Positions 48,118 to 57,688 of a stretch of DNA of 64,000 nucleotides are shown here, piece by piece. The notes under the pieces were generated by a model. The model ran no database searches. It saw only the letters and a list, made by a program, of their open reading frames with translations, and was not told the DNA's origin. A program made the translations under genes and the position numbers. Numbering within the stretch: the first letter of the stretch is position 1; each line of letters opens with the position of its first letter. This stretch comes from Acidobacteriota bacterium (lineage in GTDB: Bacteria > Acidobacteriota > CAIWXX01): NCBI GenBank assembly GCA_040755995.1, contig JBFMAF010000010.1, positions 128,001 to 192,000 of the forward strand, written 5' to 3'.

Positions 48118-48650
48118 CAGGGCTCCTTCAACAGCGGCAGTACGGCCTCTTCGAACTCTGCTCTCGATCTCATCCCAAAGAGCTTGCCGACGACCTGGCC
48201 CTTGCGGTTCAAGACGATTGTCATGGGGATGCCCGGTTCGGTGTAGAACTGATCGCGAACGCTGTCGGCCAGAAAGACCGGGTAGTTGATGCCGAAGGAG
48301 TGTACGTAGGGTGTGACTTGACCTGCGGTGCCGGAGTCGACTGTGAAGCCGAGCACCTCGAGCCCCTGCCCCCTGTACTCTGTGTAGAGCGACGCGAGAT
48401 CGGGGATCTCGGCCTTGCACGGCCCGCACCAGGTCGCCCAGAAATTGATCAGCACCACCTTGCATCGCGTGGTAGAAAGGTCGAACTCATTGCCGCGAAG
48501 ATCCTTGAGCTTGACCGCCGGCGCCTGTGATGCGGCCGTCGCGGTCACCTGGTCAGTCCTGTCGGAACTGCAGGACATCGCGCCCAGCGAAAAAGCGATC
48601 AGTGCCACCAGGCAGGCGGCGGTCACGCGGCGCCCGGCGCTTGTCGCCAT
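48114..48650 (-). CDS. TlpA-family thiol-disulfide oxidoreductase, probable lipoprotein
   Basis: INFWATWCGPCKAEIP and lipobox-like GAMSC. Confidence 0.9.
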   Translation of the reverse strand: MATSAGRRVTAACLVALIAFSLGAMSCSSDRTDQVTATAASQAPAVKLKDLRGNEFDLSTTRCKVVLINFWATWCGPCKAEIPDLASLYTEYRGQGLEVLGFTVDSGTAGQVTPYVHSFGINYPVFLADSVRDQFYTEPGIPMTIVLNRKGQVVGKLFGMRSRAEFEEAVLPLLKEPC

Positions 48651-48684
48651 TGGGCCGCCGCCTACGGATCGCACTCGAGTCTCG

Positions 48685-49167
48685 TCAATGAACAGACTCG
48701 GGACGCTCCGGCGGGTCGACGGGCACCTCTGGTTTCTTCGGAAACATCTCTCCATGTCTGAGTATCTTCTCCTTGTCCCAGACCATCTCAATGCGATCCG
48801 TGACGACTCCCTGGGTATCCTTGGTCAGGTAGATGGCATCTTCCGGGCAGGCCTCTTCACAAAACCCGCAGAAGATGCAGCGGTACATGTGTATCTTGTA
48901 CACCTTTGCGTAGCGCTCGCCGTGCGAATAGCGAGCGGCATCGGTGTTCTCTGCCGCCTCCATATAGATCGCGTCGGCCGGGCACGCGATTGCGCAAAGC
49001 CCGCAGCAGACGCATCGTTCGAGCCCGTCCTCGTATCGTCGCAATCCATGCAGGGCGCGATACCGGTCGGAGTACGCCAGCTTCTCGATCGGATACTCGA
49101 CCGTGGTCGGCTTCTTGAAGAACTGCTTGAGGGTCACCCCCAAGCCCTTGAGCATCTCAGTAATCAT
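48685..49167 (-). CDS. nuoI: NADH-quinone oxidoreductase subunit I
   Basis: GLGVTLKQFF.K..TVEYP, CVCCGLCAIACP, CIFCGFCEEACP. Confidence 0.93.
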   Translation of the reverse strand: MITEMLKGLGVTLKQFFKKPTTVEYPIEKLAYSDRYRALHGLRRYEDGLERCVCCGLCAIACPADAIYMEAAENTDAARYSHGERYAKVYKIHMYRCIFCGFCEEACPEDAIYLTKDTQGVVTDRIEMVWDKEKILRHGEMFPKKPEVPVDPPERPESVH

Positions 49168-49327
49168 CGGTCTCCCTTTCAGCCCGTCGCGTCCGGCCAG
49201 CCCTCGCGTCCGTCTTCCGGGCTGTAAGATGTGAAGGATAACCGATCCTGCGGCGGACATTCAAGCACACCCGACGCTTGCCCTCCAGGGCAAGAAGTTG
49301 TATGTGTATTGCCGCTAGGAGGTAAGC

Positions 49328-51274
49328 ATGTCGAGGAAGGCATACACTCTGGTTCTTCTGTTCGTCGTGGCAGGGCTTGTGTCTGCACAGGAGATCGAGG
49401 TGCGGAGCCAAGTCAAGCAGGATCTGCAGCGCTTCAGCATGGAGCAACTGTTCAACACGCGCATTATTGGATCGGCCTGCTGGTCGTCCGACGGAGCGAC
49501 CGTCGCCTTCATCTCCAACATCTCAGGCCGCATGAACATATGGACAGTGCCCGCAGCGGGCGGGTGGCCTACCCAGCTTACGCTCTGCGATGAGAGGCAG
49601 AGCGAGCTGGCGTGGTCGCCGGACGGCAAGTTGATCGCGTATGTGCAGGACTACGGAGGCGACGAGCAGTGGGATGTCTATGTCGTCTCCACGGAGAACG
49701 GCGGGATCGTCAATGTGACCAATACGCGTGCGGTTTCGGAGATCAAGCCGATCTGGACGCCCGACGGAAGATCGATCGCGTTCGCGAGGAAGCCGAAAGA
49801 GAGCAGCTCGTATGAGATCTGCTATCGTGAGCTCGCCCAGCCCAAGCTCCTCGCGTTGACCTCCGGCACACCTCCCAACTTCACCAACGAGCCCGTGGCA
49901 TTCTCAGCGGACGGCAAGTTTCTCGTCTACAATCAGGTTCGAAACGACTGGAAGGACTCCAACGTTTATATCGTCGACATGGCGACGGCCAAGTCGAGGA
50001 ACCTCACGACACACAAGATCGAAGGAGTCAAGGGCGAAGCCCTGTATCTCGCCACGGGCATCTCGCCGGACGGAACGAAGGTCCTGATGACGTCCAACGC
50101 TGCCAGCGGTTACGCAAACGCCGCGCTGTTGGACGTGAACACCGGCAAGATCGACTGGCTGACGAAGGATCAGTGGGAGATCGAGAGCGGGAACTTCTCT
50201 CCGGATGGCCGCTACGTCACCTGGGTCGCGAATGTCAACGCGAACCTCGACGTGCACATCCGCGAGCTGGCCAGCGGGAACACGCAGGTGGTGCCGATGA
50301 AGAAAGGCATCAACAAACTGGCCGGCGCCCCCACGGCATTCTCCCGAGACGGGCGGAAGCTGCTCGTGTACCACGAGGGAGCCGATTCGCCCCGGGACGT
50401 CTGGGTCTACGATCTCGGCTCGGCGAAGGCGACACAGATCACTCGCTCGCTCATTGGCGGCCTGCGCGGATCGGATTTCGTGGAGCCCTACATCATCCGC
50501 TATCCTTCCTACGGCACTCTGACCGTCCCGGCACTGGTCTACGTTCCTTACAACCTCAGGAAGACGGCGAGCAGCCCGGCGGTGATCTTCCCGCACGGAG
50601 GTCCGGCCGATCAGGCGCTCAACGGCTTCAGTCGCATGATCCAGTTCCTGGTGAACAACGGCTACATCGTCATCGCGCCGAACTATCGCGGGAGCACCGG
50701 GTATGGCAAGGTGTTCGAGGACGAGAACAGGCTTGACCTGGGCGGCGGTGACATGACGGATGTGCACTATGCAGCGCAGTACGCCGTGAACACCGGGTAC
50801 GTCGATCCCAAGAAGCTGGTGGTTCTCGGCGCGAGCTACGGTGGGTACCTTGCGCTCATGTGCGCTGCGAAGGTGCCGCAGGACAACTGGGCCGCCTGCG
50901 TCGCCTACAGCCCTGTGGTGAACTGGTTCACCCAACTCCAGACCACCGACCCGGTACTGCGCCAGCACCTGCTGATGACGATGGGAGATCCGGCGAAGGA
51001 TCCGGAGGCCAAGAAGCGCTTCGAGGAACGCTCGCCCATAAACAGCACGCAGGCAATCAAGGCACCTCTGCTGATCGCGGTCGGGAGCAACGATGCGAGG
51101 TGCCCAAAGAGCGAGGCCGATCAGATCGTGAACGCCGTGAAGAGCCACGGAGGTACCGTCGAGTACAAGATCTACGACAACGAAGGGCACAAGATCTCCA
51201 AGCGCGAAAACCAGATCGACCTGATCAAACGCACCCTCGAATTTCTAGAGAAACACGCCAAAAACCGCACGTAG
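49328..51274 (+). CDS. Secreted S9 family peptidase with PD40 propeller
   Basis: WSPDG repeats, HGGP, PNYRGSTGYG, catalytic GASYGG, NDARCP, NEGH. Confidence 0.92.
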   Translation: MSRKAYTLVLLFVVAGLVSAQEIEVRSQVKQDLQRFSMEQLFNTRIIGSACWSSDGATVAFISNISGRMNIWTVPAAGGWPTQLTLCDERQSELAWSPDGKLIAYVQDYGGDEQWDVYVVSTENGGIVNVTNTRAVSEIKPIWTPDGRSIAFARKPKESSSYEICYRELAQPKLLALTSGTPPNFTNEPVAFSADGKFLVYNQVRNDWKDSNVYIVDMATAKSRNLTTHKIEGVKGEALYLATGISPDGTKVLMTSNAASGYANAALLDVNTGKIDWLTKDQWEIESGNFSPDGRYVTWVANVNANLDVHIRELASGNTQVVPMKKGINKLAGAPTAFSRDGRKLLVYHEGADSPRDVWVYDLGSAKATQITRSLIGGLRGSDFVEPYIIRYPSYGTLTVPALVYVPYNLRKTASSPAVIFPHGGPADQALNGFSRMIQFLVNNGYIVIAPNYRGSTGYGKVFEDENRLDLGGGDMTDVHYAAQYAVNTGYVDPKKLVVLGASYGGYLALMCAAKVPQDNWAACVAYSPVVNWFTQLQTTDPVLRQHLLMTMGDPAKDPEAKKRFEERSPINSTQAIKAPLLIAVGSNDARCPKSEADQIVNAVKSHGGTVEYKIYDNEGHKISKRENQIDLIKRTLEFLEKHAKNRT

Positions 51275-51296
51275 GGGCGGCCCCTCGTGGCCGCCC
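51271..51296 (+). repeat. GTAG-type REP-like palindrome
   Basis: GTAG-GGGCGGCC-cctcgt-GGCCGCCC between convergent genes. Confidence 0.55.
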
Positions 51297-51450
51297 TCTG
51301 GCGCGGCCGACATCGCGCGCGGGCGGCGCTAGATTGCTGCCCTCCTGCGATCGCAACCGGCGCGGACGGGGCGGCACCGGGGCCACCGGCCGCCGCTGGC
51401 CGGCCGCCATCGAGATCACCACGCAGGACGGCGGAAGAGTTGACGTGTAT

Positions 51451-52533
51451 CTATTCCGCCTTCATCCTCAGCGTCAGCAGGTTCCTGCCATCCTCGTACC
51501 GGTACTCTGTGGCGGAGCACCGGGCTCTGATGATCCGGGCGGCGATTTCGTTCCCCTCGGTTTGGTCGTCGAGCGGGTCATGCGGCGCCCCGGTGCTTTC
51601 GCAGCCGATCACGAGGCTGCCGTCCTTCTCGGAGTACGACAGGCTCAGCCGAATGTCCGTGAAATCGCGCTGGAGCAGTAGCAGCTCCTCCGTCATGTGC
51701 ACCACGTAGCCGGCGGTCTTCTTCGGAATTACGTGCTTGAGGCAGAAGGCCTCCATTTCGGATTGCACCGCGTAGAGATCATAGTCTGAGCCGGTTATGC
51801 GCTGGTCCAGACTGCGGACGCGGTTGATGAACGCGCGCGTCTTCTCCTTCTCCGGTGTATCGAAGACCTGTGCGGCAGTGCCTTCCTCGTAGATGATTCC
51901 CTCGTCCATGTAGAACACACGGCTCGAAATGTTGCGGGCGAACTCCATTTCGTGCGTGACGATAATCATGGTCATTCCTTCGCGGGCCAGCCGTCGTATC
52001 ACCGCCAGCACCTCGCTCACCATGGTGGGATCGAGCGCGGAGGTGGGTTCGTCGAACAGGAGGATCTCCGGGTCCATGGCCATGCAGCGGGCCATGGCCA
52101 CGCGTTGCTGCTGTCCGCCTGAAAGCTCGTCCGGGAAGCTGTCGGCCTTCTGGCCGAGCCCCACCAGCTTGAGCAGCTCCATCCCCTTCCTTTGCGCATC
52201 TGCCTTCGTCCGGCCTTGCAGCCTGATGGGGCCGAGTGTGAGGTTTTCGAGTGCCGTGAGGTGATGGTAGAGGTTGAACGACTGGAACACCATGCCCATC
52301 CTCTGGCGCATCTTGGGCACGTTGGTCCCTTTGGCCAGCAGCGGGATCCCGTCGATCTCGATCGAGCCGCCGGTGGGCGTCTCGAGCAGGTTAAGGCAAC
52401 GCAAGAAGGTGCTCTTGCCGGTCCCCGAGGGGCCGATGACAGCTATGATCTCGCCCTTTTCGATATCGGTGCTGATGTCCTTCAGGACAACCATGTCTCC
52501 GAAATGTTTCGAGAGGTTTCTCACCTTTATCAT
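51451..52533 (-). CDS. Polar amino-acid ABC transporter ATPase (GlnQ-like) with about 120-aa C-terminal extension
   Basis: GPSGTGKST, LSGGQQQRVAMAR, LLFDEPTSALDP, VTHEM. Confidence 0.92.
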   Translation of the reverse strand: MIKVRNLSKHFGDMVVLKDISTDIEKGEIIAVIGPSGTGKSTFLRCLNLLETPTGGSIEIDGIPLLAKGTNVPKMRQRMGMVFQSFNLYHHLTALENLTLGPIRLQGRTKADAQRKGMELLKLVGLGQKADSFPDELSGGQQQRVAMARCMAMDPEILLFDEPTSALDPTMVSEVLAVIRRLAREGMTMIIVTHEMEFARNISSRVFYMDEGIIYEEGTAAQVFDTPEKEKTRAFINRVRSLDQRITGSDYDLYAVQSEMEAFCLKHVIPKKTAGYVVHMTEELLLLQRDFTDIRLSLSYSEKDGSLVIGCESTGAPHDPLDDQTEGNEIAARIIRARCSATEYRYEDGRNLLTLRMKAE

Positions 52534-54845
52534 CGGCTGGCTTCCGGTAGTGGATTCCTTTTTCTTTGTCTGGGGTCGACTGATATCTCGATCTTGCTGA
52601 GACCCCATGTGAGGAGCCAGGCGATCGAAAGGTAGATCATCGTGGCCGTGATCAGCGGGAAGAAGGCGTCGAACGTGCGGCTCCGTATGATGTCGCTCAC
52701 CTTCGTGATGTCCTGAACGGCGATGTAGCCGACGATGGAGGTCATCTTCACCATCGAGATGAACTCGCCCTTGTACACCGGCAGCAGGTGGCGCAGCGCC
52801 TGGGGGAGTACGATGTAGACGAAAGCCTGGAACTTCGTGAACCCCCCTGCTGTGCCGGCTTCCTTTTGGCCCCTGTCGATGCTCTGGATCGAGGTGCGGA
52901 ACATCTCTGAGACGTAGGCTCCGAAGTTCATCCCGAACGCGAAAACGGCCGCGATCGCGGGATTGATGTTCACTGATGCGAAGACGACGTAGTAGATAAT
53001 CATCAGGAGCACCAGCACCGGCGTGCCGCGCAGCAGCCAGATGTAGGTCGCGGCGAAGTCAGAGATGAAGAGGTTCCTGGACATGCGCATGTAGCAGATC
53101 AACGCACCCAGGATTGTCCCAAGGAGGGCTGAGAAGATGGATATGAGGATGGTGAGCTTGATACCGCCGATGATCAGGCGGTAGCGATGTTCGAGGACGA
53201 TGTTGCTGTAGAAGCGGTCGGCCACTCGCTTCAAGAAGGTCTCGGACGCCGGCACTGTTTCGACGGGTGCTGCATAGCTCGCGATACGGTCTTTCCGGGC
53301 GAGGAGGCTTGCCCCGGATTCGTAGTAGGGATCACTGAAATCGATCATCTTCTCGCGTTCCGCGGTTATGTACATCGAAGCCGTGATGATGTCGATCTTG
53401 CCGGTTGAGATCGAGGCAATGAGACTCCCGAACTGCAGGGGCACCGGTTCATAGGTGCGGCCAATGTAAGCGGCGAAGCGCCCGGAGAGCTCGATGTCGA
53501 ACCCTATCAGCTTGCCGTCATGGATCAGCCCGAACGGCATCCCCAGGTCGTTCACGACCCCCGCGCGCAAGACGCCGTTCGGATTGGCAGCCACTATGTC
53601 AGGCATCTCCAGGATGCCTTTGTTCATCCACCGGTTCACCATGTCGTCATAAACGCCGTTGGCGCGGATTAGCTTCAGAAAGGCGTTGAACTGCTCGCGG
53701 AGGGCATCGTTCTCGCTGTTGAAGCCCGCGCCGATCGGGATGGAAGAGAAATCCTTGGCCAGCACCCAGATGTTGGGATTCGTTCTCAACACGTCGGGGA
53801 CCGATGCCTGATCGTAGAACAGGACGTCGACCTTGTCGGTATTGAGGGCGACCACTTTGTCCGATACGTTCGCATACTGGAGTATCTGAGCATTCGGGTA
53901 CTTCTTTGTTGCGTAGGTATCATACACAGAGCCCACGAGCACGCCGATACGCTTGTCGCTGATATCTTCGATCCCCCGCATCTTCAGGGGGCCGTTGACT
54001 GCGGTGGCGCTCACACCGGCATTGACCACCACTGCGAGACCGCTGGGAAAATAGCTTTCGGAATAGAGGACCTGTTTGGCCCGTTCGGCCGTGATCGAAA
54101 GACCCGCGCCGATCATGTCGACCTTGCCCGCAATCAGCGCAGGCAGCATCCCGCCGAACTCCATGTCGGTGACCTCGAGCTTCTTGCCCAGCTTCCGGGC
54201 CACATAGGTGGCAAACTCGACGTCGAAGCCCACCACTTTCCGGCGAGCATCCACAAAAGCCATGGGCGCTGTGACAGCCGCGGTTCCGAATCTCAACACG
54301 CCGTTGCTGCCGGCGAGCGGGATATCGGGCATGGGTGCCGGCGCACCGCGGTCAGGAAGCCAGCGACGCAACATGTCGTCGTAGGTGCCGTCGGCCTTGA
54401 TCTCGGCGAGCACGCTGTCGATCGTTTGCTTCAGCGCCGTGTTGGACAGCTGCACGGCGAACCCGTAGCGGTCCTCTGCGACCAGCTCCTTGAGGATGAC
54501 CAGCCCTTCGTTCTGCGCTGCTATGTTTTTCAGGACCGGCAGGTCGTACACGGCAGCATCGGCCTTGCCCCCGCTCACAGCCAGCGCGCAATCGAGGGCG
54601 CTGTTGTAGTACTCCATCTTCGCGTCCGGAAAGCGCTTGAGCACAAACTGGTCGGCGGCGGTCCCTGTGGGCACTGCAAAGGTCGTGCCGCCGGAGAGCT
54701 CGCTGAAGCTGGCGATGCTTGATTCTTTCTTGCCGCAACCGATGAGTGGAGCAAGGACGACAACCAGCACCAGGAGTCGGCTTCTCTTCTTTCTGTCTAT
54801 TGAGACAACATCAGCAGCCATTCTCAAGACCCCGGGTACATTCAT
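52530..54845 (-). CDS. Amino-acid ABC transporter: tandem family-3 substrate-binding domains fused to a permease
   Basis: Lipobox-like LIGC, two copies of GFD.E...GK.D...ITAER...S..Y, permease motifs LRGTPVLV and AYVSEMFR..IQSIDRGQKEA. Confidence 0.9.
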   Translation of the reverse strand: MNVPGVLRMAADVVSIDRKKRSRLLVLVVVLAPLIGCGKKESSIASFSELSGGTTFAVPTGTAADQFVLKRFPDAKMEYYNSALDCALAVSGGKADAAVYDLPVLKNIAAQNEGLVILKELVAEDRYGFAVQLSNTALKQTIDSVLAEIKADGTYDDMLRRWLPDRGAPAPMPDIPLAGSNGVLRFGTAAVTAPMAFVDARRKVVGFDVEFATYVARKLGKKLEVTDMEFGGMLPALIAGKVDMIGAGLSITAERAKQVLYSESYFPSGLAVVVNAGVSATAVNGPLKMRGIEDISDKRIGVLVGSVYDTYATKKYPNAQILQYANVSDKVVALNTDKVDVLFYDQASVPDVLRTNPNIWVLAKDFSSIPIGAGFNSENDALREQFNAFLKLIRANGVYDDMVNRWMNKGILEMPDIVAANPNGVLRAGVVNDLGMPFGLIHDGKLIGFDIELSGRFAAYIGRTYEPVPLQFGSLIASISTGKIDIITASMYITAEREKMIDFSDPYYESGASLLARKDRIASYAAPVETVPASETFLKRVADRFYSNIVLEHRYRLIIGGIKLTILISIFSALLGTILGALICYMRMSRNLFISDFAATYIWLLRGTPVLVLLMIIYYVVFASVNINPAIAAVFAFGMNFGAYVSEMFRTSIQSIDRGQKEAGTAGGFTKFQAFVYIVLPQALRHLLPVYKGEFISMVKMTSIVGYIAVQDITKVSDIIRSRTFDAFFPLITATMIYLSIAWLLTWGLSKIEISVDPRQRKRNPLPEASR

Positions 54846-55148
54846 GCCTGCACCCTCCTGGATGTGACCGGATACAGATGATCTTTTCCACAACACACAG
54901 CCAAGAGGGCGCCGACATCGTAAGGACATGCGACCTGGTTAGTCAAGCCGTCTGCTAAACAGCGCGACGCAAATCGCGCTGTATGCGGGTGGGGGTCTCG
55001 GGGGAAGCCTCGCACGACGGTGCGGCCGCAGATGCAAGGCCTGAGGCCATGCCCGCGAAAGCGGGCGCCCCCCGTGGCCGTCGGCCCGTTCCGTCACCGT
55101 TCGTCTGCTATCATGGTATGATCGAGGTGCATACGGCCGGAGGTGACT

Positions 55149-56426
55149 ATGAGCATGGTCAAGAGACTCGCCATTCTTGTGGGTGGGGGACCGGCGCCGG
55201 GGATTAACAGCGTGATCGGGAGCGCGACGATTCGGGGCGCGCTCTCGGGTGCCGAGGTGATCGGTATCCATGACGGCTTCAAGTACATCATGGAAGGCAA
55301 TATCGATCATGTGGAGACGCTGACGATCGACGACGTGAGCCGGATCCATTTCCGCGGCGGCTCGCACATCGGGATCAGCCGTGCCAATCCGACGAAGAAC
55401 GAGCGGCACCTTGAGAACTCGGTCATCTCGCTGCTCCGGCTTAACGTCGACAAGCTCATCACGATCGGCGGCGATGACACGGCGTTCTCCGCGTGCAAGC
55501 TGGAGGAGCGGAGCAAGGGGCGGATTCGGGTGGTACACGTCCCGAAGACGATCGATAACGACCTGGACCTTCCGCGCGACATCAACACATTCGGCTACGA
55601 AACGGCGCGGCACATCGGTGTTGAGATCGTCAAGAACCTGATGGTGGACGCGCGGACGACGTCGCGCTGGTACTTCGTCGTCACGATGGGCCGGAAGGCC
55701 GGCCATCTGGCGCTCGGTATCGGAAAGGCCGCCGGCGCGACGTTGTCGCTGATCCCGGAGGAGTTCGCCGGGAGAGTGCGGATGAAGAAGGTGGTGGATA
55801 CGCTGGTCGGAGCGATCATCAAGCGGCTGAGCTACGGCCGGCAGGATGGAGTGGCGGTGCTGGCGGAGGGGCTGGTGGAGGCGATGGATGCAGAGGACCT
55901 CCGCGAGCTCGAAGGTGTCGAACGCGACACACACGGCAACATCCGGATCGCAGAGATCAACTTCGGCGAGATTCTCAAAGCGAAGGTGCTGGAAGGGCTG
56001 AAGCGCTTCAACCTGAAGACGACTATCATCACGAAAAACATCGGCTACGAGCTCCGCTGCGCCGATCCGATTCCTTACGACATGGAGTACGCCCGCGACC
56101 TCGGGTACTGCGCGGCGAAGTACTTGGACGAGGGCGGTAACGCCGTGATGATCACGATTCAAGAGGGGCTCTTCAAGCCGCTGCTCTTCTCGGAGATGCT
56201 CGATCCGAAGACCGGCAAGACGCGTGTGCGCATGGTGGACACCGATTCGGAGCGCTACAAGATCTCGCGCCGGTACATGATCCGGCTGCGGCGGGACGAT
56301 TTCGAGGACCCGCATGAGCTGGCGAAATTCGCGGCGACAGCAGGGATCTCGATCGACGAGTTCCGCGCCGAGTTCGAGCACCTGGTGGAGGACGAGCCGC
56401 CGCCCATCCACCTGGCCTTAAGATGA
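55149..56426 (+). CDS. pfp: Pyrophosphate-dependent 6-phosphofructokinase
   Basis: GGGPAPGIN, IGGDDT with PKTIDND (PPi-type signature), MGR. Confidence 0.9.
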   Translation: MSMVKRLAILVGGGPAPGINSVIGSATIRGALSGAEVIGIHDGFKYIMEGNIDHVETLTIDDVSRIHFRGGSHIGISRANPTKNERHLENSVISLLRLNVDKLITIGGDDTAFSACKLEERSKGRIRVVHVPKTIDNDLDLPRDINTFGYETARHIGVEIVKNLMVDARTTSRWYFVVTMGRKAGHLALGIGKAAGATLSLIPEEFAGRVRMKKVVDTLVGAIIKRLSYGRQDGVAVLAEGLVEAMDAEDLRELEGVERDTHGNIRIAEINFGEILKAKVLEGLKRFNLKTTIITKNIGYELRCADPIPYDMEYARDLGYCAAKYLDEGGNAVMITIQEGLFKPLLFSEMLDPKTGKTRVRMVDTDSERYKISRRYMIRLRRDDFEDPHELAKFAATAGISIDEFRAEFEHLVEDEPPPIHLALR

Positions 56427-56435
56427 TTGGTCCAC

Positions 56436-56517
56436 GGTTCAAAGTTCAAGGTTCCCGGTTCCCGGAGCTCTAGCGTGATCGCTTCTCCGTTTCCCCGATT
56501 CTCCGTTTCCCCGATTC
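56436..56517. repeat. Short intergenic tandem repeats
   Basis: GGTTCAA-AGTTCAA-GGTTCCC-GGTTCCC, then TTCTCCGTTTCCCCGA twice. Confidence 0.7.
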
Positions 56518-56551
56518 GATCGCGCCCTGATGCAGCCCCCCGGATGCAACT

Positions 56552-57064
56552 ATGCTTGAGCGAATAGTCTCGGGCGGCCAGACCGGTGTCGACCGGGCCG
56601 CGCTGGACGCGGCGATGGAGGCCGGGTTTCAGCATGGCGGATGGGTTCCACTAGGGCGGCTGGCGGAGGACGGTAGAGTGCCAGACCGGTACAAGATGCG
56701 CGAAGTAGCGGTTTCGGCTTATCCAGTGCGCACCGAACGAAACGTTATGGACTCCGACGGCACGCTGCTCATCACACTCGATGAGCTCGACGGCGGCACT
56801 GCGCTTACTGCGCAGCTCGCCGAGAAGCACGGGAAGCCTCTCTACATCGTGCGCCGCGGTTGGACTCAGGAGACGATCGATCGTGTCCGCGAATGGATCG
56901 TCGAGAAACAGATTCGAACGCTCAATGTCGCCGGCCCGCGCGAGTCGCGGTCGCCAGGCGTGCACGCCTTTGCGCTTTCTTTTCTCCGGCCGCTGTTGAT
57001 CGCGCTTCGGCCCCGCGCGTCTGGTGCGGCCCCGAGGGACCCAAAGGAGGTAGCCTCGTTTTGA
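56552..57064 (+). CDS. Putative molybdenum carrier / SLOG family protein
   Basis: IVSGGQTGVDRAALD, GGWVP.GR.AEDG, RTERNV.DSDGT, LNVAGPRES. Confidence 0.88.
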   Translation: MLERIVSGGQTGVDRAALDAAMEAGFQHGGWVPLGRLAEDGRVPDRYKMREVAVSAYPVRTERNVMDSDGTLLITLDELDGGTALTAQLAEKHGKPLYIVRRGWTQETIDRVREWIVEKQIRTLNVAGPRESRSPGVHAFALSFLRPLLIALRPRASGAAPRDPKEVASF

Positions 57065-57089
57065 AAAGCGCGCGGCAGTGTCGCATAAT
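57061..57089 (+). promoter_or_regulatory. Sigma70 promoter for tRNA-Ser
   Basis: TTGAAA-17 bp-CATAAT, ending 12 bp before the tRNA. Confidence 0.6.
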
Positions 57090-57101
57090 AGTGGGCGAAC
57101 C

Positions 57102-57190
57102 GGAGGGATGGCCGAGCGGTCTAAGGCGGTGGTCTTGAAAACCACTGTGCGCTAGTCGCACCGCGGGTTCGAATCCTGCTCCCTCCGCCA
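57102..57190 (+). tRNA. tRNA-Ser (anticodon UGA)
   Basis: Acceptor GGAGGGA/TCCCTCC plus GCCA, anticodon arm GTGGT-CTTGAAA-ACCAC, long variable arm, GGTTCGAATCC T-arm. Confidence 0.96.
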
Positions 57191-57688
57191 ACCTTTCAAT
57201 CACTTCTGACCACTTCGCGATCGGCACCTCGCCCACAGAGACGATGATCATGCATGGTCTTTGAAACAGGACCGAGAGACCTTTCCTGACCACGGACAGA
57301 AGATCAACCCGAGTGCGAGGGACTGCTACGGTAAGCCGTCATGCATGCCGCCGTCCTACTCGACGGCTCGGCCCCTGCCTTCCTTCTGATTCTCCAGGCG
57401 CGGTCTCCACCTTCGCGGCGTACGTTCGCCCTCCTCCGACTCTCCTCAAGATCCGTCTCGCGGGTAGAAGCCTGCACCCATCTCGTCCGGGCGTATTGGT
57501 GGGCCGTGGCGGTTGCGCCTTGTAGAGGAAGACAGCTTGCCTTCCGTTGCCTGAGGCCAAGAAGCAGAGTCCCATGTCCACTACTTGCTGGGTTTCGTGT
57601 TGACGGTGCCGCATCGCTTGGCTAGACTTGTGCCATCGAAGCGGGCTGGGAGAGCGTTGTTCCTCCCTGCCCTCAGTTCTGGAGAACG

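Noticed and set aside
57102..57190. tRNA-Sec
   Set aside because: Anticodon is UGA (reads UCA, Ser), not UCA; 7-bp acceptor stem
57191..57688. Integrated element at the tRNA 3' end
   Set aside because: No integrase and no duplicated tRNA 3' end seen in the window
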